From positions 248,001 through 312,000 of the forward strand of contig CAKKNE010000001.1 in the NCBI GenBank assembly GCA_918797485.1: 64,000 nt of DNA. Reading direction: 5' to 3'. The translations under genes were made by a program, and so were the position numbers. Positions within the stretch are counted from its first letter, which is position 1, and the number at the start of each line of letters is the position of its first letter. This DNA is from Pelagomonas calceolata (lineage: Eukaryota). Below, one piece after another: positions 11,457-27,288 of this stretch. Below the pieces are notes generated by a model. That model was not told where the DNA came from. It ran no database searches and worked only from the letters and a program-made list of their open reading frames with translations.

Positions 11457-11648
11457 TGGTAGCGATGCGCAAGCGGGACCGCCGGAGAGCACCGACGATC
11501 CCACAGCCACTGCGAGGTCAGTCGGTGGGCTGCCTGCCTCAAATACCACGCGATCGTATTGGTACACCAATGGGACTTCTAGAGACGCCCGTAGCTTGAC
11601 GGCTGCGGATTTTTTAGGCCCGGGGCAGCCCCCGCAATAAAAGCGCAC

Positions 11649-11670
11649 CTAGCGGCCTGTAACACACTAG
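11649..11670 (-). promoter_or_regulatory. CTAG-box intergenic motif copy
   Basis: Reverse complement is ctagtgtgttacaggccgctag; lies between divergent genes starting at 11456 and 11759. Confidence 0.6.
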
Positions 11671-11758
11671 GAATCTAGGCTGCCCGCAAAACGCCGCCAG
11701 CGCTGCCCGCCGGCCTCTGCAGCACACGCAGAAGGCAGCACAAGCTGCCCCACGAACG

Positions 11759-12562
11759 ATGCGCACGCTCTGGCTCTGCCTCCTGCTGCTCTCCGCGAGT
11801 GCCAAGCGCAAGAAACGCAAGACAAGAAAGCAAGCTCGAAGAGATTTGGTCGGCGAGTTCGAGAAGGTGCTGCGAGGCGAGTCCGTCGACTCCCACGTGA
11901 CCTACGAGGACTTTCGGGGCCAGGAGAAGACGATGCCGGTGCGGCAGATGGCCGAGACGCTGGCCGATCAAAATCTCAATCCCCCCTTCGATAAGGATCA
12001 AGATGGTAGATTACGGTCGAAAATTAATGAGGGGAGCGGGAGTATTGATGAATTGGAGGGCGATGTCAAGAGGCACGCGCACCTCGCGCGGGCGGCTCAC
12101 CAAAAGCTGAAAGCTCTCGGGTATAATGTCGGGAGATTGACGGGCGCGAGGAGCTGGGCCCCCGACCGGAACTCGACGGGCGATGGCGAGGGAGTTGAGG
12201 GGAGAGACCCGAACGCCGTTGCGGCTTCTGACGCAAAGAAGCGGGGCCGACTCTGCGAGACGGTGCGGTTGCTGCTGAAAACAAGAGATCTAAAAAATAG
12301 CTCGCTGAAGGGCGCCGTCGCCGTGCGCCTCTCGGAATACTACGGCGTCGCGGTATTGAGAGCGGCCTGGGAGGTCGAGGACGGCCGGCGCGTGAGGGAA
12401 CTGCAAGTCCCGCCGGACGCGAAGAAGCAGCTCCACTACCTCGTGCTGCGGCGGTTCGCGTTTGAATTGGCGGGGCGGTTGCGCTTGGACCGGTGGCCCC
12501 GCTACGTGGTGCTGGCGCTGCCGACGGTCGCGGCGCTGGTCGCGACGCGTAGTAGGTATTAA
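11759..12562 (+). CDS. Hypothetical protein with signal peptide and C-terminal hydrophobic anchor
   Basis: MRTLWLCLLLLSASA signal peptide; C-terminal YVVLALPTVAALVA; 267-aa open ORF. Confidence 0.6.
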   Translation: MRTLWLCLLLLSASAKRKKRKTRKQARRDLVGEFEKVLRGESVDSHVTYEDFRGQEKTMPVRQMAETLADQNLNPPFDKDQDGRLRSKINEGSGSIDELEGDVKRHAHLARAAHQKLKALGYNVGRLTGARSWAPDRNSTGDGEGVEGRDPNAVAASDAKKRGRLCETVRLLLKTRDLKNSSLKGAVAVRLSEYYGVAVLRAAWEVEDGRRVRELQVPPDAKKQLHYLVLRRFAFELAGRLRLDRWPRYVVLALPTVAALVATRSRY

Positions 12563-12573
12563 GTATGTGTTTG

Positions 12574-14521
12574 TTAGTGGCGCTCGCGCTTGACGGCCGG
12601 CGCGGCGCGCTGGCGCTTCGCCGGCGGCTCCGGGTCCGGCTTGACGTCGACGTCGTCCTCGCTCTCGGAACCGCTCTGGATCTCGATGACGTCGTGGTGC
12701 CGCGCGACCGAGTCGAACGCGACGCCTCCGAGATGCGCGATGGCGTAGCCGTTGATCAGGACCCGGCGGCCGTTCCGCGGCTCCACCCTGACCACGCGGA
12801 GCTGCTTCTTCTTCCCGGTGACGCACAGGAGGAAGACGCGCACGCCGAACGCGTTCGCGAACCTGTGTGGAAATCAAATTTCGGGCGCCCCGCGCCATCG
12901 ATGCGATAACCTAACTCACTGGTTGATTTCCACACCGTCGCGAACGCTTGGACGAGCAGCGCCGTCTGCTGCTCGGCGACGTGGGCGCCGCGCCGCGACC
13001 GCGGGCCGCCACCGCCTAAGCGCCACGACGACCGCGGGATCTCCTCCTGCGCGCCGCCCGGCGGCTTCACGACCACCACGCGCGCGTCGCCGCCCTGGAC
13101 CGAGCACTCGACGACGCCCGAGCCGTCTTCCTTGGAGACGTCCACAAGATCACCCGCTTCGAGCGGCGGCGGCCGCGCCGCCGACGCCGCGCCGTCGTCG
13201 TAGCGCTGGCCCGCCGCCGCGTGGCCGTCGTTCGCGCTGCGGCACCGCTCGAAGTGGTCGCGCCACTCGCCCGCGTAGGGCAAAGGCGCGTCCGTCGGCC
13301 GGTAGAGGGCCCCGTACTGCTCCTCGAAGTCCACGGGCGCGCCGCTGCAGTAGTCTTCCTGTGAGAATCGACCAATGAGCCACGTCGCGTCGCTGGCGTG
13401 ATTTCGGCTCTGGTTCCGACCACCACCCTTAGCTCTGTGGCCACGGCGTGCTCCACATATCTGGAGAGCTGGTGCGTGCCGCAGAGCTGGTGGCTCAGCG
13501 CATCGAAAAGCGACCGCGGCTCGCCGACGAGCTTAAATCCTTCTCCCCGCAGCGCCTTGTCGAGCCTTCCGGAGTCGGGGACAGCCTTGGGCGCGCCCGG
13601 CCCGGCGAGCGGCGACAGCTTCGACGAGAACAGATAAGTCGGAGGCTCCGAGATCGCAAAGCCCGCCCGCAGGTGGCGGCGCAGGTCGCGCGACGACTGC
13701 CTTGCGTCCTCGATCAAAGCCGTCTCGCGGTCGAGCCAGGCCTTGGGCGTCGTCTTCGCGATGTGGAGCGCCTCGATGGCCGCGTAGCGAAAGCTGAAAG
13801 TGGCGAAGCAGTCGCGTGACACGCGCGGCGTGCGCATAGCGCCGTACTCGGAAGAGTTCGCCGCCGTCGCGATGGCATCTCCATAAGAAGTCCCCAGCCC
13901 GAAGATGTCCTTCTTCGTCGCACCCGTGGCCTGGGCGTCCTCGCCGCGCGCGCTGCCCGGGGCGGCAGCCATGAGCTTCTTGTCGCCGAGGTCCTCGATG
14001 ACCCGCGCGACCACATCGATGCGCCCGGCCTGGGACGCGGCGCCGAAGTCGCGCGTCGCGGGGCCGCCCTCTTCCACTTGTCGCAGCTGGGCGAAGCGCA
14101 TCGGCCGCACGGCGTTCGTGGCGATCGACGCCGTCGTCGCGCCGACGTAATCGCCCTCGATGCGAGCCGTCCACATGTAGCGCTCGTCGGGGCCGTAGGG
14201 GCCCGTCTGTTCGTCGCGCACCGCGTGCTGGCCAAAGAGCGACAGTGAATCGATCTTCCGGCCGTCGACGAACGTGTCCACACACAAATGGTGGCGCGTG
14301 GCGTTGACCACGACGACCTCGAAGCGCGTGCCGGCCGTCGTCGCGACGAGGCACTTGCGTTGCGCGCAGGCCGCCGCCGCCTCGGGGCTGACTTGGCCGT
14401 TCGTCGCCGCGGTACGCAGGAAGGCCCAGTCCCGCGGCGTGGTGTCGGGGTCCGACAGCTCCGGGACCGCTCGACCGTCGACGAGGACGTGGGCGCTGAG
14501 GCCTCGCGCGTCGACGGGCAT
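12574..14521 (-). CDS. Uncharacterised N-terminal beta-rich domain + OTU-deubiquitinase-like domain lacking catalytic Cys/His; introns 13359-13426 and 12863-12945
   Basis: VGEPRSLFDALSHQLCG versus OTU GDGNCLFRALSxQL; AFANAFGVRVFLL; IAHLGGVAFDSV versus HYDSV. Splicing joins three ORFs in frame. Confidence 0.6.
12863..12945 (-). mobile_element. Short introner element with TIR and perfect 8-bp TSD
   Basis: TSD gttcgcga on both sides; TIRs (c)ggtgtggaaatcaa and ttgatttccacacag. Confidence 0.85.
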
Positions 14522-14777
14522 TTTCCTGAATTTTATGCTGAATGTAGCTAAAGAGCCTTCTAGCAAATATATTGCTTCCGAGACGAGATCGTAGCCTGCA
14601 GTCGGGGCCCGGAGATGGCTGAAAAAAGCTGGTAGGAGGTTTCACTACTGTGCAGCCACCCAACGATTGAAAGCGCTGGTTCTGGGGCACGAGTGCGATA
14701 TTTGCGAAGGTGGGCTATCCACGGAATGGACAGAGCCCACCGCTTTGCCCTGTTTTTGGCTTTCCGGGACCTAGGCG

Positions 14778-14799
14778 CTAGCGGCATGTAAGACACTAG
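14778..14799 (-). promoter_or_regulatory. CTAG-box intergenic motif copy
   Basis: Reverse complement is ctagtgtcttacatgccgctag; lies between divergent genes starting at 14521 and 14960. Confidence 0.6.
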
Positions 14800-14959
14800 C
14801 AATTCCGAGCTTCACTCACTTGACGCCCGGAGGACGGCCCAGACAGACGCTAGACGTGTGCAGGGGCGTTTCATATAGCGGCACACAGCCCCCGCCCACG
14901 CCGCCGACGCCTGCGCGCCATCGCTGCGCCGGCACACCAAACGCAGAGAGGCCGCAGCG

Positions 14960-16165
14960 ATGGACCGCGGCGGCCGCTCTGGGGGCGAGCGCCAGGACCC
15001 TTTACCCGCCGCCTTCTTGGAAGTGTACACGAAGCACGGTCCCAAGCCCTACGCCGAGGGCGAAAAAGTACCGGTATATAACAAAGGGATATTTCGCAAC
15101 CCCCAGGACGGCCCCATGAAAAGTGGAGATTTAGTCATATTATACTTCGAGGACGAGTCCATGGACTATCTTTATTTGCGGCCCGAGAATTTCGCGAAAC
15201 ACAGCGGCAAATTTGGGGATTTTGATCATCGGGATTTCGTCGGAAAGGAATTTGGAGAGAAGATCTTCTCGAGGACGAATAAGGTGGGACGGAGGGGCAA
15301 GCAGTCGTCGGAAAAGGGCTGGCTGTACGCCCTGTGCCCGACGCCCGAGCTCTGGACCGAAGTCTTACCTCATAGAACGCAGATCGTCCAGACGAGCGAC
15401 CAGGCCGTCATCTGCTTCCAGCTGTCGTTGTGGGACGGGAAAATAGTGATAGAAGCAGGTACGGGCTCCGGAGCCATGACGACGGCGATGGCGAGGTGTG
15501 TCATGCCGCGCGGGTCGGTGCGGACGTTCGAATTTAATGAAGTGCGAGCGCAGAAAGCTCGGGACGAGTTCGAGATGAACGGCTTGACGGAGCCGCTCGT
15601 CGTGCCGCGCTATAGGGATGTTTGTGGGGAAGGCTTCGGGATGAGCAGGGAGGCGGACGCGATTTTTCTGGATTTGCCGGAGCCGTGGCTCGCGGTCGAC
15701 CATGCGATCGAGGCCTGTAAACACGGTGCTCGGTTCTGCTCCTACAGTCCTTGTATTGAACAAGTGCAAAAAACAGTTGATAAGTTACGAGAACGCCACT
15801 GCGACCACATCAAGACGATCGAGGTCCGCGAGCGCGAGTTCGAGGTCGTTAAAAATGAGATGGCCGAGGTCGTGGCGCCGCCGCAGCGCGTCGTCGAGGG
15901 CGCCAAGGCGCGTAAGGTCGACGACGACCAAGGCATGTGGCCGCTGCCGCCCTACATGGCCGTGCCTTACCCCGAGCAGCGGGGCCACACGGCCTACCTG
16001 ACCTTCTGCACCCTGCCCTATTCGTGGGGCTACGACGAGCGGGCGCCGTATTTGGACGGGCGCCCGCTGCCGGACCTTTCCGAGTACCCCGAGGGCATGT
16101 ACCCTACGGAAGGGGACGACGAGGAGATGGCGCCGGTCGGGCCGCCGGTCCCGCCGCCGCCGTAA
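14960..16165 (+). CDS. TRM61: tRNA (adenine(58)-N1)-methyltransferase catalytic subunit (GCD14 family)
   Basis: PTPELWTEVLPHRTQI, IEAGTGSG SAM motif, TFEFNEVR, DAIFLDLPEPW, SYSPCIEQV, GHTAYLTF. Confidence 0.95.
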   Translation: MDRGGRSGGERQDPLPAAFLEVYTKHGPKPYAEGEKVPVYNKGIFRNPQDGPMKSGDLVILYFEDESMDYLYLRPENFAKHSGKFGDFDHRDFVGKEFGEKIFSRTNKVGRRGKQSSEKGWLYALCPTPELWTEVLPHRTQIVQTSDQAVICFQLSLWDGKIVIEAGTGSGAMTTAMARCVMPRGSVRTFEFNEVRAQKARDEFEMNGLTEPLVVPRYRDVCGEGFGMSREADAIFLDLPEPWLAVDHAIEACKHGARFCSYSPCIEQVQKTVDKLRERHCDHIKTIEVREREFEVVKNEMAEVVAPPQRVVEGAKARKVDDDQGMWPLPPYMAVPYPEQRGHTAYLTFCTLPYSWGYDERAPYLDGRPLPDLSEYPEGMYPTEGDDEEMAPVGPPVPPPP

Positions 16166-16229
16166 CTGAATGTGTTAGCTTACTTCCTTGGGAGGGCCTC
16201 CCCGGGTTCGTACGCCGCCGCCGCGGCGC

Positions 16230-20380
<4,151 letters not shown>

Positions 20381-20863
20381 TTCTTTAGCGCTGTCCTATC
20401 TCCGGCGCTCTACGCTGGCTGCTCCACTTTCAGCACACAGGCTCCATTTGACCTCACTGGCTGCCCTTTGTTTGCAAGGCGTGGGGGCTGCTCAACAACA
20501 ACACTGTAGAATTGAACGCCCGTTCAGTGGTTGTAATGCACGCTGTAGAATTGAATCCTGGACTTGTACTCGCAGCGCACAGCAGCGCGTTTGGGAGCGG
20601 CCCACACAGACACTTTACAAAAAACCGCAGCGCTGCGAGATAGCGCTGCGCCTTTGAGCGTACGCTTCCCCAAGCGCCAAACTGGACCTCGTCGGCACCG
20701 GAGCCTTCTCCTCAGATTTCGATAAAACCCGTGCGCGCTCTCCAAACGTGATCGCGCCGTGCGCTCCTTTGCCGCCGTGCACAGGTGGTGCAGTTACACG
20801 CAGGGCTGTCGCAAAGCAGCTGCCAATTCATATCTACCACTCCTCGCTGCAACAAACGCAGCA

Positions 20864-21700
20864 ATGGACCTCATCACCGTCCACGGCCGCCACCCGCAGG
20901 ACTGCACCGAGGATGACTGCCTGCGCTCGGGCTGGACGCTGCCGGAGTTCGTCGCGCAGTGCGCCCTCTGGGCCCTCGCATCATTAATCTACACGTTCAT
21001 CTGCTCGAGACTATTGCCGACGCGGGACTTCAATGGATCCCCGCTCTACAACTGGCTGAGCTGCCTGCCGGTGCAACTCGTCGCGTTTCCCGCCGTGGCG
21101 GCGTGGTGCGTCGCGGCGTACGACGGCAGCTTTATCGAATGGCTCTCGGCGCCCTGGGATAAGCTAGCAGCCACCCCTGAGCGGATCTTCCTCCTCCTCA
21201 TCTACGCGTACATGTTCAAGGACCTGGGCCTCTACCTGCTCGACGCGAGGATGGACGCCATGTACTGGGCGCACCACCTCGGGTGCTGGGTGATCATCCT
21301 TCAATTCTTCTTCACGACTGCCCCCGGCATCTTCATCTTCGGGCGGCGTCGCCATGGAGTTCGGGCGGCGCGGCGCAGACGATTCACTTACTGTACCCGG
21401 ACAACGGTCCGTTGGACTTCATACATGTTGCGACGATGACGCTGTCTCACGTGCCTTGCGGTGTGCGTGAGCCTTCACGCCGTCGAGCTGACGCGGTTCT
21501 GGGGGCGCCGTCGCGTGATGGCGAGGGTGTCCACGGGTCGTATGCTGCACCTCAGCGATCTACTACGCGACGATCCCGCCGACGCCGCTCTGGGCGCGCC
21601 TGATCATCATGCTCCTCGTCTTCAAGCTCGCAGGCGCGCCAGAGCAACGCCCATGCACCTCCACGGGCTCTATCTGGAGAGGCGGGCGAAGCGGTTGGGT
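20864..21700 (+). CDS. TLC (TRAM/LAG1/CLN8)-domain membrane protein; 3' end uncertain
   Basis: YAYMFKDL...MYWAHHL motif and multiple TM segments; frameshift near 21345. Confidence 0.55.
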
Positions 21701-22914
21701 CCCAGACATGCAGCGTCGGCGTCACGCGGTTCGCGGCCGGCGCCGCGCAGGCCTCCTTGTGCGCGGGCCACGCGCTCCGCTGGCACTCCTCGGAGCAGTA
21801 GTACGCCTCGCGGCAGCGCCCGCAGCGCCGCTTGCAGTTGCCCGCGCCGCAGACGTCGCAGGACTGGTCGTCGGCGAGCGACGGCGGCACGGCCGCCGAC
21901 GCCCGCCCGCCCGTCGCCGCGTCCAGGACCGGGTCCGCGCCCGACGCGCGGCGGCACTCGCGCTCGAGCGCCCGCACGGCCTTGGAGAAGTCGCCCTTGG
22001 CGGCGGCCAGGGCGCGCTTCGCGGCGGCCGGCTCGTAGCCCATGTGGCCGAGCGTCGTGAGCGCGTCGGGCGCCTCGCGCCGCAGGTCCGGCGGCGCGGG
22101 CGGCTCGTCGTCCTCCGCCTCCGCCTCCGCCGCCGTCGGCGCGAAGTCGAGGACCTCGAGGCCGCCGAGCGCCGGGAGATGCGTGGAGAGCGCCGGCCGC
22201 GGCGGAGGGGAGTAGGGAACTGATTCGCGCCGCTCGGCCAGCGCGAATAACGTCGGTGCGCCGCACCACGGCGCGCAGGCGTCCTCCCCAAGGCCGGAGA
22301 CGGCGAGGCGCGGCGCGACGGCCTTCTGAGACGGAAACCACGGCGGCACGGCTTCGTCGCCGGTCCCCACCGTCAGCGCGCCGTCCGCGACCTTCGCGCA
22401 GAGCTGCACCTCGCGCGGCCCGAAGGGCTCCCGGACTAACTCCCGCCGATCCGTCCTCCCGAAGTCGTGGGCGAAGAGGCGCTTGACGAAGCTTCGCCCG
22501 GTGCGCTGCGGCGCGGCGACTCGGGCGGGCGCGCCCAGGTCGAGGACGCGCTGGCAGTCGCGCCGCGCCGCGCTCACGAGGGCGTGGGCCAGGTCCCGCG
22601 GCGCCCGCGCGCCCGCGGCCAGGAGCAGCAGCCCCAAGATACTGTACGAGGGCGCCACGAAAATTTGGTTCCCCCCCACGTCCTCGGAGAGCCAGGCGTC
22701 GGCGTGGCAACTGGCCACGAGGGCCGCGAGCTTCGGTTCCACGTCGACGGGCCGCAGGCGCGTCCACCACGTCCATAGGTCGTCGTAGTAGGCGAGGCTC
22801 CGCGGCGGCAGCAGCGAAGCCGTCGTCCTCGCCATAAATGATCGTGAGGCACTTGGCGACGCAGTCCAGGGCCGCCTCGCTTCCTAAAATCCAGTTGTAG
22901 TCGTGGACGACCAT
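21552..22914 (-). CDS. UBA-domain + MYND zinc finger protein
   Basis: LTTLGHMGYEPAAAKRALAAAKGDFSKAVRAL (UBA); CDVCG...RCGRCREAYYCSEECQRSAWPAHKEAC (MYND). The start at 22914 needs a frameshift near 22800. Confidence 0.7.
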
Positions 22915-23092
22915 CGCTTTTTTGGCGCTTTTGGCGCTTTGGCGCGGGCAGGGCTGTGCTCAGATATCAGATATAGTTGCCCGCGCGGCCGCTCGATGGC
23001 GTCTGGCGGCTGGCGACAGTCTAGTGTGCGCCCGGCTGCCGCGAAACTGCAACTTTTGCCGGCTTTTGAGCTAAACCACGTCGCGCGCGGAG

Positions 23093-23114
23093 CTAGCGGC
23101 TTGTAACACACTAG
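23093..23114 (-). promoter_or_regulatory. CTAG-box intergenic motif copy
   Basis: Reverse complement is ctagtgtgttacaagccgctag; lies between divergent genes starting at 22914 and 23256. Confidence 0.6.
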
Positions 23115-23255
23115 GAAAATAATTAAAGCTGCTCTCCCGCGGCTCAGGAGGCTCGATTTGTCCTCCCGGAGGCTGCACGACCGACGCAGTGTCGCCACCC
23201 ATCGCTCCGGCTCCGGTGCGGCAGCTTGCGATACAGCGGGCAGCCCGAACCTGTC

Positions 23256-23994
23256 ATGCGAAGAATCGCCTGGCTCCTCGCCCTGCGGGCAGCGGGCGCC
23301 CAGGACCACCCCTGCGATCTCACGCCGGCCACCGTCGCGCGCATCAACGACTGGATTTTGAACGGGAACGACCCGGGCAACAACGCCTTCGAAGCGTTAC
23401 ATTGCGCGCCGTCACGACCGTAGGCACGGCCGCCGGCGGCCTCGGCGGCGGCGCGGCCGGCGCGTTGCTAGGCGGAGGGCGTCGGCGCGCGTCGCGACGG
23501 CGCTCTGCGGCAATGGGACGACGGCGTGCCACGGCGTGACCGAGGGGGCGACGCGCCTCGTGGGCGGCCTGCTCGGCTACGTGATCGGCGCGGCGACGGG
23601 CGCCGAGGCGTCGCACCGGTATTTCGGGCGGGGCTCGTTCTTCGGGTCGCCGTCGCGCACCGCGGCTATTCGCGAGTGCGCGGAATTGTTCGGTGTGGAG
23701 GAGACCGGCATTTGCCGGTGATCGACCGGGCCTACAAGGCCCGAACCCCGCGATCACCGGACAAGGGCGGCTCCAACGGCGCCATGGCGCGCTTGAATGG
23801 CGCGCGTCGTGCTGGAGATGCCCATCGAAAGCCAGGTATCGCCGGTGTTCTTAGAGGGAGGGCTGCTAGTCGGGCGCATGCGCGAGTCGCGCGGCGGCGG
23901 CGGCGGCATGTTGTCCTCGGGCACGGCGATGGCCTTGCCCGGTTCCGCAAACTTTCGACCGCCGCTTGCACTGACGGCGCCTGCGTCCCAATAA
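23256..23994 (+). CDS. Signal-peptide, glycine-zipper and J-domain-like protein (fragmented by indels)
   Basis: MRRIAWLLALRAAGA; GGLGGGAAGALLGG and GGLLGYVIGAATG; IDRAYK...(H)PDKGGS...MARLNGAR J-domain signature spread over frames. Confidence 0.5.
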
Positions 23995-25094
23995 TTTGAG
24001 AGGAGAACAGCTCGCGAGCTTGGTGCTTGCCCTCGAAGCCCTGGCGCCGCCAGTCATTTTCATCTTCCAGCGCACATAGGTCGGCAAATTGATCTAACAT
24101 CGAGACGTGCGCTGATTCTGGGCATTGAAGCACCTGCTTGTATTTAGGGCGCTCACGACGCACTGCCCCAGGTCCACCAAGGCGGACCGCCCTTCGTCGC
24201 CCGCCGGGAAGCTTTCGATCGTATAGGAGCAGTCCCGGCCGGCGCTGGTACGCCAAGTCGCCGTGATCTGAGAATTTTATTGTCGCCAATGACTTTGAAC
24301 GACTGCTGCAAAGGATGGACGTAGCTACAGTGCATGTGGCAGGGCTTCGTGGAGTTCTCGCCGAAGTAGACTACCGCTGTAACATCTACCGGCACGTTCT
24401 CCGCCGTCGCCTCGCTGTGGATCACTTGCGCCGACACGGGGTTCAGCACGCCGTACGCGAGCTTCCCCATGCGCGCGCAGGCCCAGCCGAGGTCGCCCAA
24501 GCACCCGAGCGGGTCGTCCTTGGCCGTTGATTCTTTCCCGCCCCCTCTAGAAAGTCCCTACTAGCGGAGATCGTGAAGGCCACGCTCGACCCGCCGCACC
24601 TCGCCGAAGAACCGGGACTCCGCGATCGTCGACAGGATCTCCTCCGTGCGCGTGTGGTGCGAGAAGGGCACGACGTCCTGCAGCGCGACGTCTTCCGCGA
24701 CGCAAGCGTCGCGCATGACGACCGTCGACTCGTAGTCCGCCGCCGCGGGACAGCCAATTAAAACATGCTTGTGGTGCTGGGCCGCGGCCACGGCCCACTG
24801 GCTCCTCGTGCTTGTGGTGCCTCCGATAAAAACGGAGTCCACTCGGGTGGTCGCGTCGGGGTCCCTTAAAATCGCGTTGTAGCTCTCGTACCACTTGACG
24901 CCCTTCAGTTCCTCGGGCTCGCAGCTCCTTTCTAGTAATGCTCTATCACATTCCGCCGCCGCGGTGATTTTGAGTTTTCGCGTGTTTCTGCTCGCGTGGA
25001 GTAATCCTATCGCGAGCGGGTTCGCTTGGATGAGTCCTAATTTCAGCGGGTTCTCTATAACAGAATCGTCGTCTTGCCGCGGGCCGCGCATCAT
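23866..25094 (-). CDS. Gfo/Idh/MocA-family NAD(P)-dependent oxidoreductase-like protein (several indels; 3' end approximate)
   Basis: YESYNAILRDPD..DSVFIG...WAVAAAQHHKHVLIGCP; FGEVRRV; PLGCLGDLGWAC. Confidence 0.65.
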
Positions 25095-25620
25095 CTACCG
25101 CGCGCGTGGCGATTTCGCTGGGTTTAAACAATCGCAGCTTGCGCGCCGCCTGCGCGCTCGCTGGAGCTCGCGTCTTCTGCGCGGTCGAAGCAGCGGTGCT
25201 AGGAACCACTTGCAGCGCTCTATGATGCCTGCCGGTGCGATGCGCACGCGCACAGGTCAAAGCCGCGCAAATTGGGAGACGATCACGACCCGATTTTTTT
25301 CATTTAGCTGATCCTCCCTATTTTTTTTTCCGCTGTTAAAGATGCGTCTCCGTCGACGCATACGTCGTCAGAAGAATCCATGAATGAGGTTGTCTTCAGC
25401 CTCATCACCCACCAGCAGACTGGAATCTGCGGCGTAAACCACTACGCGAGCGGCATAGCTCGTCAGTTGACGCGCTTAGGACCACATCGATCCCTGCTCT
25501 CACTACAGCGCTTCGCCGCCGTCTCGCGAGGACCTCTGAGGCGCAGACAGCAGTGCCTCTCGCAAGCAAGCTCAGCCGGCGCGACGAGCACAGCAAAACA
25601 ACTCAAAAGGAGGATCCACC

Positions 25621-26314
25621 ATGTTCGGCCCGCGCCGCGGCTACGACGCCATCGGCGAACCTAGTGTAAGCAACGCGGACAAGCCGCGCGTGCAGCCCGT
25701 CAAGGTCGACCCCAAGGTGATGAAGCGGCGTCCCGTGGTCTAGCGACGCCTTCACTTCCTCAATACGACTCGTGGCCATCTCACGATGACGTGGGTGGTT
25801 TCTTATTCGATTTTGAGCTGTTTCGACCACGCCGGGCCGTCGCGGCGTGTCAGAGAGACAGCGGTCGCGTCGATGGCGTCTTCACGAGACAGCGCCGCCG
25901 CGACGCCATCGTCGTGATCCCACGAGAGTCTACGTGGTCATCAGGACGCCGTCGACGCGATGCCTCATCGGACGAGGCGAGAGACCGCGATGCGCCGCGC
26001 AGGTCTTCTTCGCCAACGAGCGCACGTTTTTAGCGTGGGTGCACATGGCGTTGATGCTCGGGGGCATGGCCGTGGGCATCATCGGGTTCAGTACGAAGAG
26101 CGGGTTGTCGCCCTTGCCGGGGTTGGTGTTGTTGCCCGTGGCGATTTGTTTTGTCGTGCACGCGCTCGGGCAATACTACGCGAGAGCTAGAGCGATCCGC
26201 CGGAGGGAGCCGGGGCCCTACGAGGACAAGAACGGTCCGGTTGCCTTGGCGATCGTTCTGTCGCTGGCGGCGTGCTCGAACATCCTCATCCATTTGGTGG
26301 TGTCGTCGCGCTAG
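25621..26314 (+). CDS. VTC1: Vacuolar transporter chaperone 1 (DUF202, polyphosphate synthesis complex); one intron
   Basis: PVKVDPK|VFFANERTFLAW after removing intron 25717-26002; three TM helices; PGPYEDKNGP. Confidence 0.85.
25717..26002 (+). mobile_element. Introner-like intron
   Basis: GT-AG. Long near-identity, in transcript sense, to intron 40093-40325 of the unrelated cyclase gene. Confidence 0.85.
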
Positions 26315-26487
26315 GCGACCGCGTCGACGGCGTCACCCATATGCCGCCGCCGCGACCCGGCACACACTCTCGTCGCGTCACGGCGACGGCGCCCTCCTAG
26401 TACGTGTTTAATTCATATTCAAAGTAATTATAGACACAAACTATGGACACATTTTTCAGAAAACATGGTGGTTCTTCTGCGAATTTC

Positions 26488-27288
26488 TCACTCGGCGTAG
26501 CCCTCCTTGTCTTTACGAGACGAGACGAGCTTGCCACTTTCGTACGAAAGCACGTACAGGGAGTCGAAGTCGTCGGCCTTCCAGGTCCCGGGCTTCTCCA
26601 TGCCCAGGGCCCTGGCCAGGGACGGCAGGCGCTCGTGCTTCCACGCTATAATGATGGGACCCTCCTCGGATAGATGTTTTTTCACGTCCTTCGCGAGCTC
26701 CTCGTTGTCACTCTCCCCGAAGTGGACGTCGATCTCCAGGTCAAAGGTCCGGGCCATGGGCTCGAGCGTCTCGATGGACCGCATGACGTTCCGCGGTTTT
26801 TCCGGCTTCCGCGCATACAAGTACGAAGGGGGGTCGAAGCGAGTCCCGTCGAATAACGAGGGGAGCCAGGCACTTCTTCGAACACCTTTCGGCGTGCAGT
26901 GCGTCTCCGAGTACTTCTCGTCCTTGTCGCAGTGCCTCATGAGTACGACCGTGGCCTCCTTCTTGCGCGTATGAGCCGCGAGGATGACGTCAGGAACGGT
27001 CTGAACAGGTAAAAACTGGCCCCGCGCCGGCCCCGCGCACACACCTAGGAGTATAGAAGCACCAACACACAGCCCGCCCGCGAGCCACCGGCACCGTCCT
27101 CGACTCCGCGAGCATTCGCACTCTTCGTCGGTTTTCACTGGTGCCTCCTGCTGCTCGAGGTCGTCGACGTCCGCGAAGCTTCTAGCGGGCGGTCTCGGTG
27201 AGGGCAAGGGCGAGTGGGAATCCAACCAAGTCGTGTCCGGCGACGCCGTGCGCCAGTCGCCCGGCTCGACGCCCTTGGGGAGGAGCAT
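26488..27288 (-). CDS. Histidine phosphatase (phosphoglycerate-mutase-like) with a TM anchor
   Basis: VVLMRH, HCTPKGVRRS, RSIETLEP, IIIAWKH; upstream hydrophobic helix. Confidence 0.75.
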   Translation of the reverse strand: MLLPKGVEPGDWRTASPDTTWLDSHSPLPSPRPPARSFADVDDLEQQEAPVKTDEECECSRSRGRCRWLAGGLCVGASILLGVCAGPARGQFLPVQTVPDVILAAHTRKKEATVVLMRHCDKDEKYSETHCTPKGVRRSAWLPSLFDGTRFDPPSYLYARKPEKPRNVMRSIETLEPMARTFDLEIDVHFGESDNEELAKDVKKHLSEEGPIIIAWKHERLPSLARALGMEKPGTWKADDFDSLYVLSYESGKLVSSRKDKEGYAE

